Source: a virus (lineage: Duplodnaviria; Caudoviricetes). Taken from it: 32,634 nt of DNA. Within the stretch, counting starts at the first letter, position 1, and each line of letters starts with the position of its first letter. Made by a program: the position numbers and the translations under genes. The notes below the pieces were generated by a model. The model was not told the origin of the DNA and did not search any database. It worked only from the letters and a program-made list of their open reading frames with translations. The stretch covers positions 1-32,634 of the IMG/VR virus record IMGVR_UViG_3300009117_000053; one strand, 5' to 3'. Positions 24,650 through 31,536 of the stretch are shown here, piece after piece.

Positions 24650-25198
24650 TTACGCCTTTTCATCCAAATAAGCCGCCATAAGATCGGCAATATGTAAATA
24701 TAGAGATAGTGGATAAAGCTCAAAAGCTTTACCAGCCGCGTTAAAGTCGTTATAACCGGTGCTGCCCATATGAAAGCGGATTGCGATAGCTTCTTCCTCC
24801 GTCAACCTCATAAACCGCTCGATCAGAAAAACCGACTTTTCGCCATGGCCAAAGGGGAATTTTTCATCTACGGCATAAAAAGGCTCTTTGATCCATTTGC
24901 CCTCATCGTTCTTGACATTACGCTCGGTAATGGTATAGAAATTGACTTTACAAAGATCATGGAGCAGTCCGCATATAGTGATCGTTTCCAGCATTTTAGG
25001 ACTTGGAGCTATGTAATTTTCTAATAGCCTTTTGTAGACGTTTAAGCTATGCTCGCAAAGTCCGCCCTCTTTAGCCGAGTGATATTTTGTTGATGCAGGG
25101 GCTGTAAAAAAGTCAGAGCTTTCCAACAAGGCCAGGAGCTTTTCAGCCCCCGGCCTATTTATATTGGCGGTAAAAAGATCAATAAATTTATCCTTCAT
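24650..25198 (-). CDS. HD-domain phosphohydrolase, 182 aa
   Basis: FFTAPASTKYH, EHSLNV, LLHDLCK, GHGEKS, IRFHMG; start moved to MKDKF. Confidence 0.88.
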   Translation of the reverse strand: MKDKFIDLFTANINRPGAEKLLALLESSDFFTAPASTKYHSAKEGGLCEHSLNVYKRLLENYIAPSPKMLETITICGLLHDLCKVNFYTITERNVKNDEGKWIKEPFYAVDEKFPFGHGEKSVFLIERFMRLTEEEAIAIRFHMGSTGYNDFNAAGKAFELYPLSLYLHIADLMAAYLDEKA

Positions 25199-26048
25199 TG
25201 ACGGGGCCCTCCGTTGGGTCAACATCAATAATAACCCCGTCACCATCCACCGTACGCCCATCTTCGAGGTTGTGGGTATCGTCAGGGATAGGATTATTGT
25301 CCCCGCTTCTAATTGCACCATCGGCTAACTCGCCAACTTCGGCAGAAAAGGCCCTTTCCATATCCACCGACATCACGCCATATTTGGAAAGCAGATTACG
25401 CAAAACGGTCTTTGCCGCCATTTCATCAAAGAAGTCCTTCCAAATCTTGTTTCCCGCCTGATAGCTTTTGCTGTGTTTCCCGGCATGGGAAATAACTTTC
25501 TCTTTAGTCCAATATAGGCATTTACGGAAGCCGTTGATGGTTTCGATATAGGCAAAGTAGCCGATAATCTTATCGCTTATCGGTTCTCCGTCAAGCTTGA
25601 TATCGCCGGTGATCTTGTCTTGCGCGGTCAATTCTCCTTCATAAACAGGACCTGCATTTATATATTTATAAGCCCCTGTCCTCATGCAAAGCTGGATATA
25701 ACCTTTATAGCCAATCTGGAATTGCGGCTCTTTGTTATAAGGGATGATATAAGCAAAGCCTAATTGTTTGCTGATTGGGAGTTTTAGACTAACTGCTTTT
25801 AGAGCTTCTTGAGCGACCTTCGCGGGATCACAAGACTGTAATGTTTTGTCGGTATTATATAACTCGATCAAGCTGGCGACGAAAGCCCCTGAGTTCTCTT
25901 TTAAGCTGCCCTCAATAACGCTTCTGATAGACTGATTGTCTAGTATCCTCTTCATCATTATCGTCGGACTTGCTTGCTTATTGGCTAATGCAGCGGATCC
26001 CTGCGTTTGATTTTTTGTTATCATACCTTGCTGGTTTGTGGTTGCCAT
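25188..26048 (-). CDS. recT: RecT-family single-strand annealing protein, 286 aa
   Basis: LGFAYIIPY, QFQIGYKGYIQL, MAAKTVLRNLL motifs. Confidence 0.93.
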   Translation of the reverse strand: MATTNQQGMITKNQTQGSAALANKQASPTIMMKRILDNQSIRSVIEGSLKENSGAFVASLIELYNTDKTLQSCDPAKVAQEALKAVSLKLPISKQLGFAYIIPYNKEPQFQIGYKGYIQLCMRTGAYKYINAGPVYEGELTAQDKITGDIKLDGEPISDKIIGYFAYIETINGFRKCLYWTKEKVISHAGKHSKSYQAGNKIWKDFFDEMAAKTVLRNLLSKYGVMSVDMERAFSAEVGELADGAIRSGDNNPIPDDTHNLEDGRTVDGDGVIIDVDPTEGPVNEG

Positions 26049-26050
26049 AT

Positions 26051-27004
26051 TTATATGACCTCTCTTTCTTTTATCTCAAATTTTCTGAAGCATGTTGCTT
26101 TTGCGCAGGCGGCCGCAGCTTCCGGGAACTCAGCGCGAAGCTTCTTGCTGTCAATACGCTCCTGCTTTTGGTTTTTCCACTGAGCCTCATAGCCTTGCTC
26201 CATGTAGCCAATTTCCGCGTCGCCCATTTCAAGTTGTATTTCCTGGGCCAGTTTACTTATGGCTTTTTCTAACTCTTTAGCTTGGCCTTTAAGCTCCATG
26301 TATTGCGCTGCCTTATCCTCAAGACCAAAGAGGTTGCATGTCAATAGTTCTGCCGCTTGAGGGTAAAGTGCCTTAATAGCATCTTTGCAACCGTCGCTGC
26401 CGTCAGGTTCAGGGAGCTTTCCGCCTAAAACATGCTCCTGCCAAAAAACCTTTTCGGCCTCAACTAAAACCTCAATATCTGATTCATCCCGGGGAACATC
26501 ATAGACAAAGAATCCGCTATTCAGGACCGCGACCGCCAGATACCATTTTTGGGCACCGGTTACGGCCATATAATGCACGCATTGGCAGTAATAGCACCCG
26601 GGGATATCTCCCTTGTCAAAGCGGGTCGGATTCCGTAGGCTGGTAGTTTTGCACTCCAGCCCCGCATTTTCGCCGACTACGTCCCGGTCAATATTGGCGA
26701 TCATCCATGGCCATTTAGTGCTTTGCAAAACTTGATTGCAGCGGCGGACCTTCTTGCCTGTTTTTTCTGCCCAACGACGGGCAACAAAACCCTCCAGCTC
26801 CTTGCCTAAGATCATAGCCTCGGTTTCTTCCTTTTCCGGGAGCTGTCCGAGCTTGTCCAGGTAAAGCTCAAAGCGGCTCATATAGGGGTTAAACCCTAAG
26901 ACCGTTGCAGCGTCGCTGCCGCCGATCCCCAGGCGCCGGATCTTAAGCCAATCTTCATGTGTGATGCTGGAGGTATTGGCAAGTTCTATGTACTGCTTAG
27001 TCAT
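26051..27004 (-). CDS. YqaJ-like (lambda-type) exonuclease, 317 aa
   Basis: WLKIRRLGIGGSDAA, ANIDR, GLECKT, YYCQCVHYMAV motifs. Confidence 0.94.
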   Translation of the reverse strand: MTKQYIELANTSSITHEDWLKIRRLGIGGSDAATVLGFNPYMSRFELYLDKLGQLPEKEETEAMILGKELEGFVARRWAEKTGKKVRRCNQVLQSTKWPWMIANIDRDVVGENAGLECKTTSLRNPTRFDKGDIPGCYYCQCVHYMAVTGAQKWYLAVAVLNSGFFVYDVPRDESDIEVLVEAEKVFWQEHVLGGKLPEPDGSDGCKDAIKALYPQAAELLTCNLFGLEDKAAQYMELKGQAKELEKAISKLAQEIQLEMGDAEIGYMEQGYEAQWKNQKQERIDSKKLRAEFPEAAAACAKATCFRKFEIKEREVI

Positions 27005-27300
27005 TACAGCCTCGCCCCCCGGCTAAGCATTTCCGATAAGGTGATCTCCTTCGTTACAGCCCTGAGGGCCGCTTCCTTAAGAATAAGTTTATCGTTTAGA
27101 GCCGCTATCTCTGCATTTTTTTCGATGATCTGTCCGGCTAAGTAAGTGTTTTTTGCGTAAAGCCGATTTATTGTGCTGTCTTTTTTGCTCAAGAATTCGT
27201 CCAGGGCTTCAAAAAATTCTACAGATTCTTCATCCGCAACAGGCTTCCGGCAGGACATACAGCCGGAGCATTCTTTTAGCTGATCTTTACATAAGACCAT
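27004..27300 (-). CDS. Hypothetical coiled-coil protein with N-terminal Cys cluster, 98 aa
   Basis: RBS GAAAGGA; CSGCMSC; TAATG coupling to exonuclease gene. Confidence 0.65.
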   Translation of the reverse strand: MVLCKDQLKECSGCMSCRKPVADEESVEFFEALDEFLSKKDSTINRLYAKNTYLAGQIIEKNAEIAALNDKLILKEAALRAVTKEITLSEMLSRGARL

Positions 27301-27301
27301 C

Positions 27302-27392
27302 TTGACATCATCCTTTCCCTAGGTGTATATTGTTGGTGAGATTAGGCTGTTTTTACAGCTGCCGCTCTGTTGGCGCAGAGCGGTTTTTCTTT
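27302..27392 (+). ncRNA. Candidate short antisense RNA unit
   Basis: TTGACA-N18-TATATT followed about 30 nt later by GCCGCTCTG-TTGGCG-CAGAGCGGT-TTTT terminator. Confidence 0.45.
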
Positions 27393-27420
27393 TGCCTTGT
27401 TCAATATTTGATCTCCTTCC

Positions 27421-27897
27421 CTATTCAATCACCCATACATCAAGCTCTTGTTTGCCGAAGGCTAAAGCATCGTCGTGTTCGTCAAAATACAGATCCAGCA
27501 CCATCCCGTCATAACGGTCCACTATCCAATCCGCAGGCTTGTCCTCCACGATCCGAATACCGACGCCATTGATCTGGATAACCGTACCCGGCGGGATCAT
27601 CCCCCAGTCCGCGCCTACCGTAATACCTTCCGTTGCCGGGGCTCCGGAAGCGGTCCGTGGATCCTCGGGATTGCTCCATTTGCCGCAACACTTTTCACAT
27701 GAGCAATAGGCTGTGACGGTGAATTTTCCGAGGTAGAGCTTGTCCGTTTGAGAGGGCTGGACTTCCTCTATTTCCGCTATTACCGGCGCGGCCTCTGCTT
27801 GCGACTCCATGTCCCAATTGTATGTACAGACAAAGCAGATAAGGAACATGGCGGAAACTTCAAGGGCTATTTGCCAGCCTTTGCGTAGTTCTTTCAT
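27421..27897 (-). CDS. 3D (Asp-Asp-Asp) domain protein with N-terminal membrane anchor, 158 aa
   Basis: FTVTAYC..CC, TASG, TVGAD, IPPGT, IVED, LDLYF, ALAFG motifs. Confidence 0.9.
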   Translation of the reverse strand: MKELRKGWQIALEVSAMFLICFVCTYNWDMESQAEAAPVIAEIEEVQPSQTDKLYLGKFTVTAYCSCEKCCGKWSNPEDPRTASGAPATEGITVGADWGMIPPGTVIQINGVGIRIVEDKPADWIVDRYDGMVLDLYFDEHDDALAFGKQELDVWVIE

Positions 27898-28151
27898 GCC
27901 GCACCGCCTTTGATCTCGTACTCTCCCCTATCTATCCCATTTTTGGGGAATACTATGTGCATCTGATCATACGGGATATCGAAAAGGTCCATTAGAAAAT
28001 ACATCTCGTCTTGTGTCCACGGCTCTTTGCCGGTTATTCTTTTGGTTATATAAAACTGCGATCTTTTCATTAACTCACAAAGATATTCCTGATCGATACC
28101 TTCACGCGTCATGCCTGCTCTTATGTGGGGATATGGTTTTGGTTTTACCAT
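27894..28151 (-). CDS. XRE-like HTH protein, 85 aa
   Basis: GIDQEYLCELMKRSQFYITKRITGKEPWT; RBS AAGGAGG. Confidence 0.72.
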   Translation of the reverse strand: MVKPKPYPHIRAGMTREGIDQEYLCELMKRSQFYITKRITGKEPWTQDEMYFLMDLFDIPYDQMHIVFPKNGIDRGEYEIKGGAA

Positions 28152-28171
28152 GACCTTCCTCCTTTCTAAGC

Positions 28172-28200
28172 TTGTCCTCCCCCGCCCTAAGTGGTAAAAT
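28172..28200 (+). promoter_or_regulatory. Sigma-A promoter, cassette 3
   Basis: TTGTCC-N17-TAAAAT with TGn extension, then RBS GGAGGTG. Confidence 0.75.
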
Positions 28201-28223
28201 TTGGATGAGGGGAGGTGAGTGAA

Positions 28224-28382
28224 TTGTATAAACTAAATTCAGAAGCTGCTATTAAATACACAATTGAATTAGCAAAAATTAATATCCAGAGTTCCAATCA
28301 ATGGGTGCCTGGCGAAGAAGTAGCTAAATTCATGGAAACAGTATTTGACTATCTTACGACATCAGAAATAAAGAAAAGCTAA
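28224..28382 (+). CDS. 52-aa hypothetical protein (not in ORF track)
   Basis: MYKLNSEAAIKYTIELAKINIQSSNQWVPGEEVAKFMETVFDYLTTSEIKKS; TTG start, strong RBS. Confidence 0.72.
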   Translation: MYKLNSEAAIKYTIELAKINIQSSNQWVPGEEVAKFMETVFDYLTTSEIKKS

Positions 28383-28522
28383 CCCAAAATATAAGTGTGA
28401 TCAAGATAGATTTTGGCGACTTCTGGAAGTGCTGCAATCGCTTCCGGGGTCGCTAATTCTTTATCCGAGGCAACTTTGCAAATCCATTCTGCTAAAGCTT
28501 TTAATACATCATCCCTGGTCAT
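28379..28522 (-). CDS. 47-aa hypothetical protein (not in ORF track)
   Basis: MTRDDVLKALAEWICKVASDKELATPEAIAALPEVAKIYLDHTYILG; RBS GGAGG. Confidence 0.7.
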   Translation of the reverse strand: MTRDDVLKALAEWICKVASDKELATPEAIAALPEVAKIYLDHTYILG

Positions 28523-28541
28523 TTCTTTTTCCTCCACTCTT

Positions 28542-28688
28542 TTAATCAATAACCGTAAGTACTATTGCAGGGCCGTTGACTTTTATTTCTAAATCAGCGT
28601 AAGGCTCTGCAATAGCTGTCTCTACGCCTTCCCTAGTCTTTAGTTCTTCAACTAAATCCTTTGTAGATACTGATTTTAAGGTATCCAT
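28542..28688 (-). CDS. 48-aa BC1881-like small phage protein (not in ORF track)
   Basis: MDTLKSVSTKDLVEELKTREGVETAIAEPYADLEIKVNGPAIVLTVID; RBS GAGGTG. Confidence 0.8.
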   Translation of the reverse strand: MDTLKSVSTKDLVEELKTREGVETAIAEPYADLEIKVNGPAIVLTVID

Positions 28689-28729
28689 TATTTTTCTCAC
28701 CTCGCTTTCTATGCCGACTTGGGCTCGTC

Positions 28730-28758
28730 TTGTCCGTTGTAAGATTTTGGAATATAAT
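28730..28758 (+). promoter_or_regulatory. Sigma-A promoter, cassette 2
   Basis: TTGTCC-N17-TATAAT, then RBS AAGGAGGTG. Confidence 0.78.
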
Positions 28759-28782
28759 CACCTTAGAAAGGAGGTGATTGCT

Positions 28783-28983
28783 TTGAATGTTGATTTTACT
28801 CCCCAGGAAATACTTTTTATTTATGGACACTTTTCTAAAGAAATAAAAAGTCTAGAGTCATTAAAAAAATCGCCAAATTGTCCAATATCCAAAACAGATA
28901 TTAATAAAGATATCAAGCTATATACGGCTATTACTTCTAAGCTTCAAGAAGCATATCCACAGCTAAATAAATTAAATCTTTAG
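28783..28983 (+). CDS. 66-aa hypothetical protein
   Basis: Start moved to TTG (MNVDFTPQEIL) behind RBS AAGGAGGTG. Confidence 0.72.
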   Translation: MNVDFTPQEILFIYGHFSKEIKSLESLKKSPNCPISKTDINKDIKLYTAITSKLQEAYPQLNKLNL

Positions 28984-29180
28984 ACATCGTGGCGTTTTGA
29001 TTGCTGGCTCATAGCATCCAGAACGCCTTTTTCTTTTGCCGTTTTTATGATGTCATCAACAGGCTTATATTCCTCAACTGAGATAATGTAAGTAATTTTG
29101 CCGAAGTCAACAGCCCTAACGTATGGTGCTTTGGTTTTTAATAATAACCTAACTAAAATCTGATAAAGCAAGTTCTTCAT
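28980..29180 (-). CDS. 66-aa hypothetical protein
   Basis: Starts directly after repeat; weak RBS. Confidence 0.5.
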   Translation of the reverse strand: MKNLLYQILVRLLLKTKAPYVRAVDFGKITYIISVEEYKPVDDIIKTAKEKGVLDAMSQQSKRHDV

Positions 29181-29211
29181 CCCACTTTCTATGCCGATCT
29201 TGGTTATTCGG

Positions 29212-29240
29212 TTGCCCCTTGCCCCATCTGGTGATAAAAT
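29212..29240 (+). promoter_or_regulatory. Sigma-A promoter, cassette 1
   Basis: TTGCCC-N17-TAAAAT with TGn extension, then RBS GAGGGGGTG. Confidence 0.72.
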
Positions 29241-29266
29241 CTAAATAAGAGAGGGGGTGAAGCAAT

Positions 29267-29545
29267 TTGCAGTATTATACCTATTGCAATAAATTTGCAC
29301 ACTGTCCTAAATGGGATATAGATATTTCTTTAAGAGGTAAATATCGATTTTCTGATAATCCAGAAACGCCAAATACTGCAACCTTTTTATACGCTACTTG
29401 TCCAATCGTAGAAAATAGTAAATTGCCGATACATAAACAAGAACCAGAGTTAAAACTTATGCGCTGCCCGGAAAGTGATAGCTGTCAATTTCTCCAAGAA
29501 TTCAAGCCTGTTATAGATATAGACAAAGACGGCTATTCGCAGTAG
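29267..29545 (+). CDS. 92-aa five-Cys hypothetical protein
   Basis: TTG start with strong RBS; HCP...TCP...RCPESDSC. Confidence 0.72.
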   Translation: MQYYTYCNKFAHCPKWDIDISLRGKYRFSDNPETPNTATFLYATCPIVENSKLPIHKQEPELKLMRCPESDSCQFLQEFKPVIDIDKDGYSQ

Positions 29546-29751
29546 CTTGTCTTTCTACGGTCTATAATAAATTCAAAAGCATTTGCCTTTTTAACTAAAT
29601 CGTTAATCGTTTTGGACAGCTCATTTATGCGATACATGGATGGGCTGTCTTTTGCAATTTCAAGATTAAGAGCTTGAGCCGCGATAGACAGGTGTTCTAA
29701 GATTTGCTCTAACTCCGCAATATTGGTTATTCGTTCGGAAACGTAATCCAT
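29533..29751 (-). CDS. 72-aa helical hypothetical protein
   Basis: Follows cro; RBS AGGGGG. Confidence 0.68.
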   Translation of the reverse strand: MDYVSERITNIAELEQILEHLSIAAQALNLEIAKDSPSMYRINELSKTINDLVKKANAFEFIIDRRKTSYCE

Positions 29752-29763
29752 TGCTTATTCCCC

Positions 29764-29973
29764 CTATGCCGATTTAGGCTCGTCTTGTTTAAATAGCTCA
29801 TCAATAGTGCATCCTAAAACTCTTGCAAGTTCAGGAAGCTTGTCACTTTGTGGTTTTCTTGCGCCAGATTCCCACATTGAGATTGTAGACGGAGATTCAA
29901 AACCTAAAAGTTTTGCCAGGTCAAATTGCGTTAATCCGGCTGACTCCCTTAATTTTTTAATTTGTACTTTCAA
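29764..29973 (-). CDS. Cro-like XRE HTH regulator, 69 aa
   Basis: IKKLRESAGLTQFDLAKLLGFESPSTISMWESGARKP; divergent from repressor. Confidence 0.92.
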   Translation of the reverse strand: MKVQIKKLRESAGLTQFDLAKLLGFESPSTISMWESGARKPQSDKLPELARVLGCTIDELFKQDEPKSA

Positions 29974-29989
29974 TTTAACACCCCCTTTA

Positions 29990-30106
29990 TTCTCGTTACG
30001 TGATTTTATTATAATTCTCTATATGTGAATTGTCAACTATATTTTTAAAATATTTATAGCATTTTTCACTTTTTGAGAATATAATTGTAATATCACAGAA
30101 AGTGAA
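29990..30106. promoter_or_regulatory. Genetic switch: four 15-bp operators WTCWC-N5-GWGAW and divergent promoters
   Basis: Operators at 29990, 30015, 30065, 30092; lytic promoter on - TTGACA(30036)-N17-TATAAT(30008); + promoter TAGCAT-N17-TATAAT(30080). Confidence 0.85.
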
Positions 30107-30132
30107 TTAATATGTTATAAAGAGGTGTAATA

Positions 30133-30495
30133 ATGTTAAAAATTCGGGAATTGAGAATTAAAAAGGGTATAATGCAGAAAGAAGCAGCTAACGATCTTAA
30201 CATACCCCCAAATACGTACAATCAATATGAAACCGGCAAGAGAGAGCCAGACTATGAAACATTAAAAAATATTGCCGATTATTTTGGCGTGTCTGTTGAC
30301 TTTATTTTGGGGCGCGATGAAGAAGAAAATAAAAAAAGCTCCTCAGACGATGAAGTCTGGGAGCTTAGAGAAATGCTGCATAAAAGACCTGAAATGAAAA
30401 CCTTATTTAGTTTGAGCAAAAAAGCTTCTAAAGAAGATGTTGAACAGACCATCCGCATTATAGAAGCATTGAAGCCTAAGGAATATGACGACTAA
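30133..30495 (+). CDS. CI/ImmR-like repressor, 120 aa
   Basis: XRE HTH (YETGKREPDYETLKNIADYFGVSVDFILGR); no S24 peptidase domain. Confidence 0.92.
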   Translation: MLKIRELRIKKGIMQKEAANDLNIPPNTYNQYETGKREPDYETLKNIADYFGVSVDFILGRDEEENKKSSSDDEVWELREMLHKRPEMKTLFSLSKKASKEDVEQTIRIIEALKPKEYDD

Positions 30496-30501
30496 TTTTT
30501 A

Positions 30502-30540
30502 TTTGGGGAAAATTATCATTAAGTTAAATATTTCCCCAAA
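30502..30540. other. 10-bp-arm inverted repeat after repressor gene
   Basis: TTTGGGGAAA...TTTCCCCAAA. Confidence 0.6.
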
Positions 30541-30607
30541 AACACAAAATATAGATTTTTAATAAACTTCCCTACTAAATATAATAACATAAAAGGGAGT
30601 GGCTTTT

Positions 30608-30811
30608 TTGGAAAACATCATAATAAGAAAAATAAAATTACCTCCCGCAGTTCGAGGTTTAACAGTTTTGGATAATGAAAATAATTATAATATTTACCTT
30701 AATACCGCAAACAACATTGAAATAGATCAAAAGGCCGTGGAGCATGAAATAAAGCATATCGAAAATGAGGATTTTTATAGTTTAGAAGATGTTAGTAAAA
30801 TAGAAAAATAA
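30608..30811 (+). CDS. Short ImmA/IrrE-like metallopeptidase, about 67 aa
   Basis: LPPAVRGLTV...YNIYLN...HEIKHI (HExxH); TTG start best fits RBS AAGGGAG. Confidence 0.75.
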   Translation: MENIIIRKIKLPPAVRGLTVLDNENNYNIYLNTANNIEIDQKAVEHEIKHIENEDFYSLEDVSKIEK

Positions 30812-30830
30812 TATAGGGGAGGCTATTCTT

Positions 30831-31457
30831 GTGAGAAATAAAGTTAAATTATTTCTATCAATATTTCTTGTTATTTGCGTTGTCCTCGGGATGCCTTTAA
30901 TGGCATTAGCCCATTCTGGAAGGACTGATTCCTCTGGGGGTCATCACGACTATAATAATAAAAGCGGGTTAGGTGACTACCATTATCATTGTGGGGGACA
31001 TCCGGCTCATTTGCATCCAAATGGAGTTTGTCCTTATGATTCAAGCTCAAGTTCTTCATCTTCATCTTCATCTTCATCTTCATCATCCTCGTCATCTGCT
31101 AAACCGGAGATTAAATATACTATAAAAGTAAATAGTAATACTCTATCTTGTAGTACAAGCCCATATGTAGAAGATAATTACATAATGGTCCCGATGAGAG
31201 CGATATTTGAAGCATTAGGCGCTAGCGTTACTTGGAATCAGGATGAACAAACAATAGATGCCCAGAAGGGCGATACTACTCTTTCCCTCACCATTGGATC
31301 TGAATTCGCAATGCTAAACTCTGATTATTGTTCTGTATCCCCTGCTCCAACAATCAAAAACAATTGCACCATGGTCCCGATCCGGTTTGTTTCTGAATCT
31401 TTAGGCGCCACGGTCAATTATGATTCGGCAACACATACGATAAATATTAATTATTAA
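30831..31457 (+). CDS. Secreted YHYH-motif protein with poly-Ser linker and copper amine oxidase N-terminal (stalk) domain, 208 aa
   Basis: Signal peptide ALA|HSGRTDSSGGH, YHYHCG, 19 Ser, MVPMRAIFEALGASVTW / MVPIRFVSESLGATV. Confidence 0.88.
   Translation: MRNKVKLFLSIFLVICVVLGMPLMALAHSGRTDSSGGHHDYNNKSGLGDYHYHCGGHPAHLHPNGVCPYDSSSSSSSSSSSSSSSSSSSAKPEIKYTIKVNSNTLSCSTSPYVEDNYIMVPMRAIFEALGASVTWNQDEQTIDAQKGDTTLSLTIGSEFAMLNSDYCSVSPAPTIKNNCTMVPIRFVSESLGATVNYDSATHTININY
31053..31082 (+). repeat. (TCTTCA)5 in-frame microsatellite in poly-Ser linker
   Basis: Directly visible. Confidence 0.9.
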
Positions 31458-31491
31458 AAAAGCCTCCCCGGTGTTGGCACACCAAGAAGGC
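31456..31491 (-). terminator. Hairpin upstream of integrase, U-tail oriented for minus-strand transcripts
   Basis: AAAAAAGCCT...GGTGTTGGCACACC...AGGCT. Confidence 0.45.
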
Positions 31492-31536
31492 TAAGTACGA
31501 GTGTATATTGCTATACAATAAAAGGAGTGTCTTTTT

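Larger units (their letters stand above)
28705..29788. repeat. Dispersed copies of the cro 3' end
   Basis: CTATGCCGACTTGGGCTCGTCTTGT (28709) vs CTATGCCGATTTAGGCTCGTCTTGT (29764), 23/25 identical; CTTTCTATGCCGA at 28705 and 29185. Confidence 0.85.

Noticed and set aside
28149-29790. CRISPR array or attC/att sites
   Set aside because: Repeats are degenerate, about 500 nt apart, separated by genes and not palindromic like attC
30871-31095. Minus-strand ORF with MKMKMK repeat
   Set aside because: Antisense reading of the poly-Ser microsatellite
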